Positions 1 through 13,663 of a stretch of 64,000 nucleotides of DNA are shown here, in pieces (the stretch's first letter is position 1; every line of letters starts with the position of its first letter). A model generated the notes under the pieces. It was given only the letters and a program-made list of their open reading frames with translations. It made no database searches and had not been told where the DNA came from. Origin of the DNA: Octopus vulgaris. Its lineage: Eukaryota. Where the stretch lies: contig OX597823.1 of NCBI GenBank assembly GCA_951406725.2, positions 77,748,001-77,812,000 on the forward strand, in the 5' to 3' direction. A program made the translations under genes and the position numbers.

Positions 1-134
1 GCATATTGGTTTGTGTTTAGCTGGTTGCAGGAGAAGATCTGTTTTTCTATGAGAAAAATTTACTAGCACTTCAAATTTCAGTCTCCATTTCTGGAATTCC
101 CACTGGCCTTTCTCACAGTATAATCAATTATGAA

Positions 135-440
135 ACAGAGAGAGGAGGGAGAGAGATCGAAGAGAGAGGGGAGAGGAAGGGGAGAGAGGGGGAAGAGAGA
201 GAAAGGAGAGAGTGGAAGAGATAGAGAAAGGGGAGAGGGGAAGAGAGAGAAAGGAGAGAGGGGAAGAGAGAGAAAGGAGAGAGGGGAAGAGAGAGAAAGG
301 AGAGAGTGGAAGAGAGAAAGGAGAGCGGGGAAGAGAGGGATTAGCAAAAGAAGGGGAGAGAGAGAGAGAAGAGAGAGAGAGGAGGAAGAGAGAAGAAAGA
401 GAAAGAAAATGAAAAGAGAGAGGAAAGAGACAGTTGAAGA
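135..440. repeat. Purine-rich (GA/GGA) low-complexity tract
   Basis: Almost only G and A on the + strand; explains the E/R/K/G and S/L/F/P ORFs. Confidence 0.9.
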
Positions 441-660
441 GAAGGACTCAGTAATTGAATAGAACATTGTTGGTCAACCCCAGATGGAGGTAAAACAAAT
501 TTGACACTGGAGAGATTTGAACTCACAGCTCAAAGAACCAGAACAAATTCTGTAAAGTGTTCTAACAGATGCTCCAAAGATATCAATGTTAAGAGCAAAG
601 GTACTGAACTGATATTAAGATATACAAAGTTTCTCTGTTTATTCATATAAAGATATGAGG

Positions 661-710
<50 letters not shown>

Positions 711-1024
711 TGATGATAATAATGATAATAATAATTGGAATGGCAGGATGAAAGAGAAATGAAACAGGAGAAACATTAAAACAATATCTTTACTTTTGGA
801 AATTTTTATTCTTTGTTTTCATCAGTTTCTTGTCTTTAACTTGCGGAACACATCTAAACAAACTTTAATAGTCAATTGACATGATCAGTCACCGAAGTTC
901 AGTATAAATGTAATTTCTAAAGATTTTGCTCGCCTTTTAAATTAATCAAGGAAATAACTGATATATATGTGTGTATATATATATATGTGTGTTTGTTGTG
1001 TATGTGTGTGTGTGTGTGTATATA

Positions 1025-1086
<62 letters not shown>

Positions 1087-1112
1087 GATATATATATGTG
1101 TGTGTATATATG

Positions 1113-1169
<57 letters not shown>

Positions 1170-2122
1170 ATATATACACATATGAGATGATAGTAATTTA
1201 TAAGCAAGAACTGATACTGTTGATATCTAGAACAATGACCTTGATATTTTGATATTTTTAATGATACATTATTCTCTAGATAAGGTATTGATTTCTTACT
1301 CCTAAGTACAAGGCCAGATGTGAAGTGAATTTCCTTCAGTTTAGGAAAAAAAAAAAAAAGAGGAAGTTGGCTCACAAAGCTCTACTTAATATTTAGCTAT
1401 TTTCTCTTTTCTATGGTGCTCAAAACCACAAAGATAAAACAAAAACAAAACAAAAACAAAAAGACAATCAAACAAACCAAAAAAACACAACTCATAGCTT
1501 TGTGAAGTTCCATAACAATTTTAATAGATTCTGCTAATGAGGCTAGATGAAAGACCTGACAGATGTTAGAACAATAAAGGGTTAGTGAGTCTTGATAGAG
1601 CAATCATGATGCTCAAATATATACTCTAGGTTTGCTAATCAGCTGTTATCACTGATAAGTGTTTGCAAACTTATTTGTTTTACTGTTCATACCATATATT
1701 TGTATACACTATACTACTTTACATCTGATTAGTGCCATTTCTATTTATTTATTTGCTAATATATCATAACTCATTTTTCATTATCATAAATCCAGCTCAG
1801 GTCTATATTAAACAATTCTTTTGTTCTTCCCAGATTATATCAATTCTTATTCATCAGAAAGTAGTAATTCACAAGATTGCTAATCAGAAACTTTTCTCTA
1901 CTATAACTAATAATTTACTTGCTTACTTATGTATGTATGTATGCACATTTATAAGCATACGTGGATGGTTGTCTACACACACAGATGCACACACATATGA
2001 ATGTATTTGTATTTATTTATTTATATATATGTGTGTGTGTGTATGAATAAATTTGTGTAGGTGGATACATACACACATATGCACACACTCATACACACAA
2101 AACACATATATATACACACATG

Positions 2123-2177
<55 letters not shown>

Positions 2178-2252
2178 CAAATTAATATAAACAGCAGTTT
2201 GCAATATTTCACTATATATATATTTATATATGTATGTATGTATATATGTATG

Positions 2253-2291
<39 letters not shown>

Positions 2292-2380
2292 ATATATATA
2301 TGTGTGTGTATATATATATAGCTAAACTATGATGATGATATATATATATGTATATCCATATATATATATGTATATATATC

Positions 2381-2422
<42 letters not shown>

Positions 2423-2903
2423 TATGTATGTATGTGTATATATAAGTATATGTCTGTATATGTTAATATGTATACATATGCATGTCTGTTAGAACTTATA
2501 TGAACGACTATAAACTGATGAATTAACATTAGAATATAGAACTTTGCAGCATAAATAAATCAATAATCTTTTCAGCCATTGGCAGGAGATACATGAAGAC
2601 TTTGAACTCATCACTGTACGTTAATAGAGACTCACTTCACAACTAAGATCACTGAGCTAAAACATTTTTCATACCATGGTTCTTTTGTGCACCATCATAA
2701 GCAACCAGTGATTAGAAGCAAGTGTAACAGATACAACTGAATATTGTGAATTCTGTGCAAACACCTGGGAAAGCTGCTTGCTGTCTTTTGCAGTTTCATA
2801 AGAAGAATTTTCTCAGCACTAAAAGATAAAATACAGCAAACGGTACATCATCATTTGGCCACTTCATTTCTAAGTAATAATTTAGTGATCCTATCTCCAT
2901 AAA

Positions 2904-3213
2904 ACCCAGTGGTTAGGGCAGCAGACTTGCAGTCGGAGGATCGCAGTTTCGATTCACAGACCGGGCGTTGTGTGTGTGTTTATTGAACGAAAACACCAAA
3001 AAGCTCCACAAGGCTCTGGCGGGGAGTGGTGGCGACCCCTGTTGTACTCTTTTGCCCCAACTTTCTCTCACTTTTTCATCCTGTTTCTTGAGTAACGTTG
3101 CAATGGATTGGCGTCCCATCCAGCTGGGGGGGGGGGACACAAACGCCATAGAAACCGAGAAACCGGGCCTATGAGCCTGGTTAGGCTTGAAAAGGGCACA
3201 TAAATAAAAAAAA
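2904..3213 (+). mobile_element. tRNA-derived SINE, family C
   Basis: A-box-like cccagtggttagggcag, B-box-like gtttcgattc, A-rich tail; first ~190 bp shared with 35194-35380. Confidence 0.8.
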
Positions 3214-3783
3214 AATTTTTTAATCTTCATAAAAATAATATAGTAAGGGTTAGTACACTACATAGAGGAAATGTTTTGAAGCTAATGAGAAATAATTGAG
3301 TGGTGAAGAAAAGGTAAAAAAGAGTTTCAGTCAATGATTTTGATATTTTGGCAAGTACTGAAGACATCACTAGCCATATTTCAGTTTGATTCTGGCTCAC
3401 CAGTCAAATATAGTCTTTATCATAATTTCCCAGGTAGAATTGAAAGACTAAGTAATTATAGAAGCTTATTCATTTGTTGTGGAAAAGTAACATTTTTTCA
3501 GGGAATAACTTGTTTAGAAATGTCATTTCCATGTAGAATAGTAATTAAATTTGTGCAAACGTAATTAATTCAGGGAGAATAAATTATTATAAATACCTTG
3601 TAGCATTATTTAGCTGAATAGCTTTAAGCTCTGAATGTGAATCTTGCCAAAGTCAATTATACCTTTTATCCTCCTGAGAGTCAATAAAATAAGTATCTTT
3701 TGAGAACTAGTATTTATATATATATATATGTATATATGTACATATATATATATATATATATGTACATATATACATATATATAT

Positions 3784-3840
<57 letters not shown>

Positions 3841-4269
3841 TATATACATACATATATATATTTATATATATGTATGTATGAAGAAACAGACAGGTAGCCA
3901 TATATATACATAAATATATATATGACTGTGTCTCTCTTTTAACTGAATATATATTCAGTTAACCAAATATAATCTTTGGACACTGAATTATCAGTTGTAA
4001 ATACTATTGATTTTTTGAATGACATGAATTATTTAATGAACAATTTAGAGGGTTAAGAGAGTTCCATTAACAGGAAGTATTAAATGGAGTTGTTTGTTTA
4101 AGATATTTACAATTGATGTTCGCTGTTTCTATGACAAAATTATGAGTGCAGCTAAAGCTAAATTTCACATTATTTGTATTAAAATATTTCTTAATACTTA
4201 TGCTTTTTGCGGAAGTGTTTATCAATAGTGAAAAAAATACTAAATGATATATATACATATATGTAGTAT

Positions 4270-4333
<64 letters not shown>

Positions 4334-4863
4334 TTAGAATGAGATTGAACAAGGCTTTCCAATGATTTTACAATTTTTGTGTATTTTTATATAACTGAGA
4401 AGTAATATTAATATATTTATCTTTTATCTTTAAAACTGCTTTGTTTCAATGATATGTTAGAAAAACTACTTTGATGAACAAAGATCTATCAATGAAACTC
4501 CAAATAATAATATACTAACATTTGTCACTGAATTAATAAGAAGAGTTATCTAAGGCAGTATTGTATTAATGTAACTTCACTTAAGTTTCTTAAAACATGA
4601 GTTTTTGTTTGTTTTTAGATCTAAGGTTATATCTAAACAAATAACTATATGAAAAGGTGTTTCATACATAACTTTTACAAGTGAAATCTTTAAATAATTG
4701 AAAAGGACTTTTCATGAATTATCAAGGAATCAAACATAGTGTATATTCTGTATGATAATTAATCCCTCAGATTGATATAGCCTATACACACACACACACA
4801 CACATATATGCACAGTGTAAGAGAGGGAGTGATGGATGGAAAGGTGGGTGAGAAGGTTTGTTC

Positions 4864-5010
4864 AAGAATGGCTATGCAGCTATAAAGTTTCTTCTAAACG
4901 GTATGGTTTCAGGTTCAGTCCCATTTAGGCAAGTGTCTTTTATTTTAGTCTGGAGCTGACCTAAACTTTTTGAGTGGATTTGGCAGATAGAAACTAAAAG
5001 AAGATTCTTG
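4864..5010 (+). mobile_element. Degenerate SINE family A head
   Basis: ggttcagtccca...ggcaagtgtctt...gagtggatttggcagatagaaactaaaagaag matches the 5' half of family A; runs directly into a (GATA)n tract. Confidence 0.75.
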
Positions 5011-5014
5011 CATA

Positions 5015-5600
<586 letters not shown>

Positions 5601-6104
5601 CATTGGCAGATAGATATGTGTGTAAATAGGTAGATAAGTATGTGTGAGTGTGCTTGTGTCTCCATGTATTGACATCATGTGATGCTTGTAAGCAAGTGTC
5701 TCTGCCATTCAGGCAATGTCCTTCATTTCCAATCCTCAGTGTAAACCTATCCAGAAGTACAAAATATGCCTCAATGAATTCCATCTGTCCAAGTAAGCAT
5801 CAAACAGTGGATGCAAAACCTAACGTTGTTCTAGATGTTGCTATACACATGTATAGGTGTGTTTGCTAGTCTTGTTACATGTGTGTGTGTGTGTGTGTTT
5901 GTTTGTGTACCTGTGTGGGTGCATGCATACATTAAACTGGTTATTCTCTGACCTGCGTTACTTTCTGCTGTTTTGTTTGTTTAACTTATTATGTAGAGGA
6001 ACACAAACTAAATATGTATGTCTACCTAGATTCTTCACACCAACTCGAACAGCTGTTTTATTTATAAATATTTTCTTGTATTTTTGTTTTCTGTCTTTTT
6101 CTTT

Positions 6105-6150
6105 GCTGTTGCTGTTGTTGTTGTTGTTGTTATTATTATTATTATTATTA

Positions 6151-6208
<58 letters not shown>

Positions 6209-6345
6209 CATTATTATTATCATTATTCAGTAGTGTTATTTTTATCACAGGCTTTCATTGCACTACTGAGCACAGCTCTGTGTGCCTTGGGTATGTGCAG
6301 TGGTTTGTTGTGGTGGTGCTCTTATTTTCACTGTATTGAAAGTTT

Positions 6346-6419
<74 letters not shown>

Positions 6420-7060
6420 CATCATCATCATTATTATTGGTGGTGGTGGATGGTGGTGGTGGATGGTGCTGGTGGATGGTGCTGGTGGTGGTGTGGTGAT
6501 GGTGGATGATGGTGCTGGTGGTGTGTGTGGTGGTGGTGAATGGTGGTGGGTGGTGGAGTGGTATTGGTGGGTGGTGGTGGTGGTGGTGGAGTGGTGGTGG
6601 TGGTGGATGGTGGTGGTGGTGGATGGTGGTGGTGTGGTGATGGTGGATGATGGTGGTGGTGATGGTGTGATAGTGGTGGTGGTGGTGGTGGATGGTGGTA
6701 GTGTGGTGGTGTGGTGATGGTGGATGGTGGTGGATGAGGCAGCGGCGATGGTGATAATGGTGTTGACAGTGGTGGTGATGATGATGATGGTGGTGGATGA
6801 AGTGATGCTGGTGCTGACAGTGATGGTCATATTGACAGTGATGGTGGTAGTGGTGGTGGTGCAGATGTGGTGGTGGTAGTAATGTTCTAATTGTTGATGG
6901 TGGTGTTGATGATGATGCTGGTGGTAGGGGTGGTGACAATGATAGTATGGGTGGAGTTGATGTGTTAGTTGTGGTTATGTTAATGGTGTGGATGGCGATG
7001 TTGTTATTGATGCTGATGGTTGTGATGGCAATGGTGTCCATAGCAGCGTTGTTGTTGCTG
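6105..7060. repeat. Compound trinucleotide microsatellites (TTG/TTA)n, (ATT/ATC)n, degenerate (GGT/GAT)n
   Basis: Direct reading; explains the poly-L/N/Y/V/H/T ORFs. Confidence 0.95.
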
Positions 7061-7111
7061 TTGGGGGTGAAGAGAAACATACCCTTTTTCTTTTGTTTTC
7101 TTTTATCATTA

Positions 7112-7142
<31 letters not shown>

Positions 7143-7489
7143 TTTTTACCTTCCTTCTGTCTTAATCTCTTAGTTCCAGAATAGCTCATGCTTTCTTTTC
7201 ATTGGCAGCTTACCAATTTGCAAATCTCCTGCGTCTCACCACTATACATAAAATAAATAAATAAATAATGTCATCAGACAAGCCTTTTGTATATACCCCT
7301 ATCTCACCCATGCCTCCATTTGTTCTTACCAGTACCCCTAACTTCAAAGCTGATTTAGGAATCAATACCATTGTGTTTTACCCCAAGAAGTCATCAAATA
7401 TAGATTTTCTTTTCTATTTATTCTAAAAATGTACACACCGTATCTATCATTTATCTTTCGACCAGCATACACACATTGATACACACCCA

Positions 7490-8003
<514 letters not shown>

Positions 8004-8974
8004 TTTTATGTCTCTAATTATATTCATGCACATATACAAAGTTTTCTTTCATTCAGTACTAATGGCATTGCATAGATCAAATTTACTTGTGTTTCCCAAT
8101 CCCTCTTGGCCATAATATTGAGGGTTTTTTTTTAATATTTATTCTTATTGTTATTTTACTTTCACATTTGCCAGTCATATGACCCTTCTCTAGAACTGAT
8201 ACCTGAGCAAACAAATCTTATGGCCCCTAATTAGAGAACCTAAGTTATGCTCTAGCATGTATCTTTATTTGTAGATTTCTCATCTTAGCAACAGAAGGTT
8301 GTTGATTAGCCAAGGAAGCAGCTTCAGTAAGTATTCATGAAGCATAGCTACTGTATTTAGACACTTCCCAAATCACTTATCGATAAGGCTATTGGTTTTG
8401 TCTTGTATTTATTATTTTTTTTATCTTTTATCACATTTTGTGAGCAAGGATAGCTTTGTTGTTTGCAGGTTTTCAATGAACCAATTACTGCTTCGCTAAA
8501 TTTGTAATGATGTTAGTGACAAGGGAGTATTTATGTAACACAGGCAGAACAAATGCATCAAAGTATATCCGTTCAAAAGCATTGGCTTATTGTTTTTCTC
8601 AGCAATGTTTATATGTTTTGCTCACATACCTAGGTACATATATCTATTCACAAGTGAATAAGTATATGTACCTCGGTTTATGAACATACACCTATTCACA
8701 AATGAACCTATTCACAGCACATGCACACATACACACACACATGCACATATACACACACACATGCATGCACACTCACTCATACACATGATATGGGCTTTTG
8801 CAAAGTTACTGTCTGATAAATTTCATTCCCATGATATTGGCAAACCCAAGACATTTTCCAAAGATGCTGTGCTATGGTAATTCAACCTATAAACCCCCTT
8901 AGAATCAAACCTAACTCCTTAACCAATGAGCAATGCTTCTGCCTACTTCCTAATTTAATGTCAGTATCATACAT

Positions 8975-9135
8975 GAGCAGCAGTGGCTGAGTAATAAGTA
9001 GCTTGCTTACCAACCACATAGTTCCAGGTTCAGTCCCACTGCGTGGCACCTTGGGCAAGTGTCCTCTACTATAGCCTTAGGCCTACCAAAGCCTTGTGAG
9101 TGGATTTGATAAATGGAAACTGAAAGAAGACCGTC

Positions 9136-9177
<42 letters not shown>

Positions 9178-9396
9178 ACATGTGTGTGTGTTTGTCCCCC
9201 CAACATTGCATGACAGCCGATGCTGGTGTGTCTACGTCCCCGTAACTTAGTGGTTCGTCAAAAGAGACCAATAGAACAAGTACTAGGCTTCCAAAGAATA
9301 AGTCCTAGGGTCGACTTGCTCAACTAAAGGCGGTGCTCCAGCATGGCTGCAGTCAAATGACTGAAACAAGTAAAAGAGTAAAAGAGAGAAAGAGTA
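8975..9396 (+). mobile_element. Full-length tRNA-derived SINE family A with internal (TA)n/(TG)n
   Basis: gtggctg...ggttcagtcccactgcgtggcaccttgggcaagtgtc head, internal microsatellite, tail gtcaaatgactgaaacaagtaaaagag; many similar copies in this window. Confidence 0.92.
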
Positions 9397-10821
9397 TCAT
9401 CACCAATGTCTTGTCACACATATTTTACACTTCCCCTTCCTCTTCATATTTCTTACTAATGAGCTAAAAGTTGTTGTTTTTTTTTACTTTAAGCATGTGA
9501 CTGAGTCGAATAGGTTTATGATCCAAGGCACTCCAGCCATGACGATTTCAAAGGACTAGATTATCCAATCACTCCTTTGTTTTGTTTTTATGAGAGCAGG
9601 TCATGATATAAAAGAGATTTTGTTGTTTCTTACTGGTCAAGTAATTATGTAAATAGGTGAGTGTTGGCCCAAGAAAGGTCATAGGGCCACAGAAAGTCTG
9701 CCTTACCAAATTCTATCTGAACTATACAAGTATAGAAAAGTAGATATTACAACTATGAGGATGATGATGATGATGATGATAGTGACATCAACAATGTAAA
9801 CAGCAATTGCAGTGATGGCAACTACTACTGCTATCACACTAATTATCGTCGTCATCGCCGCCACCATCATCATCGTCGTCATCCCTTACTCCAATCCTTG
9901 AAGTCTATAATTTGAAGTGTGTTAATCTCTTGATGGACGCCTCTGAAAATAGATGGTCAACCAATTAACTCTTTATTGCACTGAAGACCATTTTGAATTT
10001 AGTGTCATTTAATTAAGTATGTAATGAAGAAAATTTTTATTAAGTATTCAGAAAAATGTAATTACACTTATCATGAAGATGTGATTACAGATATTGAAGT
10101 ATGAAATAAAAAAAGAAACTGTTCTTTTAACGACACTTTAATGACAAAGTTACAATTAACGCAATTAAAATTTTGACACTAAATTATGAATGTTTAAGTA
10201 AAAGTTAACAGATATTGTGTGTTTTTGAGCAGTTAATATTTGTCTTCTTCACTGTAAAATAAATAATGTTACATAATAAACAATGGTGTATTTCTTAATG
10301 AAAATCTAGACTTCTAGATGGCTGCAGACATTTCATAAATAAGGAGCTATTGGGTAGGTCAAGAAGCTTCTTAGTAATTTCATTGGATTCAAGAAGTAGA
10401 GATAGTATATTACCACAAACTTATTTAATACTTTGATGGCTTTTTGTTTTCATGAATACCATCCATGTTTACTACGAAATGTCGATTGTTGAATTTAATC
10501 TATTCATACTATACTTTAGAAATATGGAAACTTCTTTTTCGATATTCAGAGTAGTATTAAAATTGGTTGAGTTAAGAGAATATTGGGCTTCCAGCTTAAA
10601 ATTTAAAGATTTGTGTTTGTCACCTTTTCTTCACCATGATGATGAATAGGTTTATGCTTCTGTTTTATTATTCATAGTTTTATCTACTTTGAGTTCAACT
10701 GTTTAAAATTACTTATTTCATGTCACTTGAAGTGTCTAAATTCTTGACATAAACAACATATAATTCTCACAAGTCAAAAATAAAGATTCTAAGTTAGTTT
10801 GGAGAAATTTGAAGGATTACT

Positions 10822-10888
10822 TCGCACCAATGGTAGAATGTCTGTCATATTTACAGAGGTGGTGGGTTCAAGTCCCTCCAACGTTTTT
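10822..10888 (+). pseudogene. tRNA-like Pol III unit (tRNA pseudogene or SINE head)
   Basis: tggtagaatg D-loop-like, tctgt/acaga stem with 7-nt loop, gtggg-ttcaagt-ccctc T-arm, T5 run after; no acceptor stem; second copy at ~11172-11225. Confidence 0.55.
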
Positions 10889-11270
10889 CTGTTCAAAGGG
10901 TATTTTAGCATAATATTTATGTATTAAAAGGTGGCCTGGTATACAAACAATTCTACTAGCTCACCACCCTACTACTACTAATAATTATAATAATATGCAC
11001 ACACACACACATTTGATATGATATGCATACATATTTGTGTATCTAAGAATCTATGGATCAGCGTATTATTAATAATCATGCTATTAACATTAGTGTATTT
11101 ATTAGTATGCAACCTAACAAGCCAGCTGAGAACTTAGAGCTAAAATCGAGCTCAACAGGATTTGAATTCAGAATGGTAGAATGTCTGTAATATTTACAGA
11201 GGGTGTGAGTTCAAGTCCTTTTAAATTTTTCTATTCAAAGGGTGTTTTAGCATAATATTTATGCATTTTA

Positions 11271-11680
11271 AGGCAGCAATCTAGCAGAAATGTTAGCACG
11301 CTGGGTAAAATGCTTAGCAGTATTTCATCTGTCTTTATGTTCTGAGTTTGAATTCCACTGAGGTTAACTTTATCTTTCATCCTTTTGGAGTCGATAAATT
11401 AAGTGCCAGTTGTGTACTTTTTTCTATTTAATGGGTGTTTTAGCATAATATTTATGTATTATAAGGCGGTGGTCTGGCAGAAATGTTAGCATGCTGGGCA
11501 AAATACTTAGCAGTATTTTGTCTGTCTTTATGTTCTGAGTTCAAATTCCACTGAGGTCAACTTTATCTTTCATCCTTTCGAGGTCAATAAAATAAGTACC
11601 AGTTGCATACTGAGGTCAATCTAATTGACTGGCTCCCTTCCCCAAAATTTCGGACCTTGTACCTAGAGTAGGAAAGAATA
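11271..11680 (+). mobile_element. Two tandem SINE family B copies (11271-11415 truncated; 11465-11680)
   Basis: ggcggtggtctggcagaaatgttagc head, gagttcaaattcc B-box, ctttcatcctttcgaggtcaataaaataagtaccag body. Confidence 0.88.
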
Positions 11681-11940
11681 GGAAAGTAGGGTGTATATGA
11701 AACTAAATACAGCAATGTATTTTTTATGATGCTCTACTACTCCTGCTAATTGACTGTCTTAAAACAATAAGTAATAAAGCTGTGTTGGAGCAATCATCTG
11801 TTAAACTTGTGTTACTACAACATATGCCAATCATCATAAATTCAGTTATATATTACATATTTCTTCCCTTATGACAAGAATTACTCTCATTATACTTGTT
11901 GCTTAGGTATATCTTTCTCTTTATTTTTCCTTATAATTTA

Positions 11941-12333
11941 CTAGCAGTATTGCCCAGCGTTACTTGAATTTGTTTCGACCCTTTAGAATTGGAATTTTTG
12001 AAAAACAAAAATTTTGCATTATGTAGCTTGTTATTCTCTTTAAGTGAACATTTTTCTGGTTGAAATACACCAAAAAATGGCGACACAACAGTAAAAAATC
12101 GTAAAAAATAGGGATTTTCATAGAAAAAAAGCACCTTTTTGATGTAAATAATTTTTGGTGTTAACATAGTCCGATTTGAAATTTTCCTTCTGCGGAAGGA
12201 AGAGCAAGCCTTCTTCTATCATACTCTCAATTTTGGTCAACTTGTGACACAGGGTCTTGGAGGAGATAATGTTAGTTGAAAGCTACCAAACCTGCCATAC
12301 ACATACAACTTCAGCTTTATATATAGAGAGAGA
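11941..12333 (-). mobile_element. Non-autonomous Helitron-like element
   Basis: Minus strand starts TC(tc)tatatataaag and ends ggcaatactgCTAG before T; same 3' terminus as the element at 18010. Confidence 0.7.
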
Positions 12334-13013
12334 TATATAGTTCTTTCACTTAAATCTTACCATTATTATAATTATTCTACTGTGATGAGATCTTTACAAT
12401 AATTAAACAAACAAATAAAATATATATGGCTCACAAAATGTATTGCGTGTTTCAGCTTCTTTTATTTTGGTTCCGCTAATTTCAATAGCTGATTATTATA
12501 TTTGTCTTCTGGTTGTAGTAAGCTTTGTTTTTGTTTTTTTGCCTCTACTTCTTCTTTCTAAGAAATGGGATACTATCCTATAATATTTTGGCAATAAATT
12601 TTCCCAGCACTCAAGTAACTAACTCAATTAAGAGGAAGCTTATTGCAGAAAGAGAATTTCAATGCTCTACAACAACACAGTGCTGAATTGCCAGTGTTTG
12701 ATCGATGACATTAGCTATATTACTGGTATTTCAATACAAGAACATCCGTCCAATAAAGTAGTTCACAAGATGAAGAAATACAAACTAACTTACACAAACA
12801 TGCACACAGATGTATAAGCATACATGTGTGTGCGTTGCATTATTTAACGCCAATGTTCCATACTGGCACAGGACAAACAGTTTGACAGGATCTGATGTAT
12901 CCAAGGACTGCATCGAAATCCAATGTCTACCATGGCATGATTGTTATGGCTGGCTGCCTTTCCAAACACTAACCACCTTAGAGTGTGCCCTATATACATG
13001 TATATATATATAA

Positions 13014-13073
<60 letters not shown>

Positions 13074-13075
13074 AG

Positions 13076-13172
13076 AACCAGCTACGCACTGGGGTCGATG
13101 TAATCGACTTAATTCCTTTGTCTGTCCTTGTTTGTCCCCTCTGTGTTTAGCCCCTTGTGGGTAGTAAAGAAA
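13076..13172 (+). mobile_element. 3' fragment of SINE family B
   Basis: accagctacgcactggggtcgatgtaatcgacttaat...ccccttgtgggtagtaaagaaata; also at 25050-25168. Confidence 0.85.
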
Positions 13173-13255
13173 TATATATATATACATATGCATATATATA
13201 TATATATATATATACATATAGATAAGAAAGTTTGTTTGGTAAAGCACGTGGGTGA

Positions 13256-13557
13256 ATATATAAGAAAATAGTAAAGTGTGAAAAAACGACAGAAGGCTTA
13301 AATGTTAAAAAATATATATATTTGTGTCAAAATGTCTGGAGAATATTGGAGAATATTGGAGAATAACGTCACAAGAAATTTGAAAAGCTACACGCGAAAC
13401 CGGTAATTTCTTTAAAAATTTAAAAATTATGTCATTTTAAGGAAAGGGAAAAAAAAAATTTTTCCAATATTCTCCAGACATTTTGACACAAATATATATA
13501 TTTTTTAACATTTAAGCCTTCTGTCGTTTTTTCACACTTTACTATTTTCTTATATAT
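13256..13557. mobile_element. Foldback element in (AT)n: 95-bp inverted repeats (13256-13350 / 13463-13557) around a hammerhead-containing spacer
   Basis: Arms read as exact reverse complements; flanked by AT microsatellite on both sides. Confidence 0.85.
13373..13412 (+). ncRNA. Minimal type-I hammerhead ribozyme, U3-A8 core variant
   Basis: aagaaat|TTGAAAA|gc-tacac-gc|GAAA|ccgg|TA|atttctt: 7-bp stem I, palindromic stem III ACCGGU, GUA cleavage triplet. Confidence 0.7.
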
Positions 13558-13607
13558 ACATATATATATATATTTGTACATATATATATATGTACACACA
13601 TACACAG

Positions 13608-13663
<56 letters not shown>

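Noticed and set aside
2678-2818. Minus-strand exon candidate (ttttatcttttAG ... atg|GTATGA)
   Set aside because: All three frames contain stops from this acceptor; no homology recognised.
10822-10888. Functional tRNA gene
   Set aside because: No acceptor stem and a non-canonical anticodon loop; kept only as a tRNA-like pseudogene.
12680-12738. Hairpin tgaattgccagtg / tactggtatttca as pre-miRNA
   Set aside because: Upper stem pairs poorly; expected by chance in AT-rich DNA.
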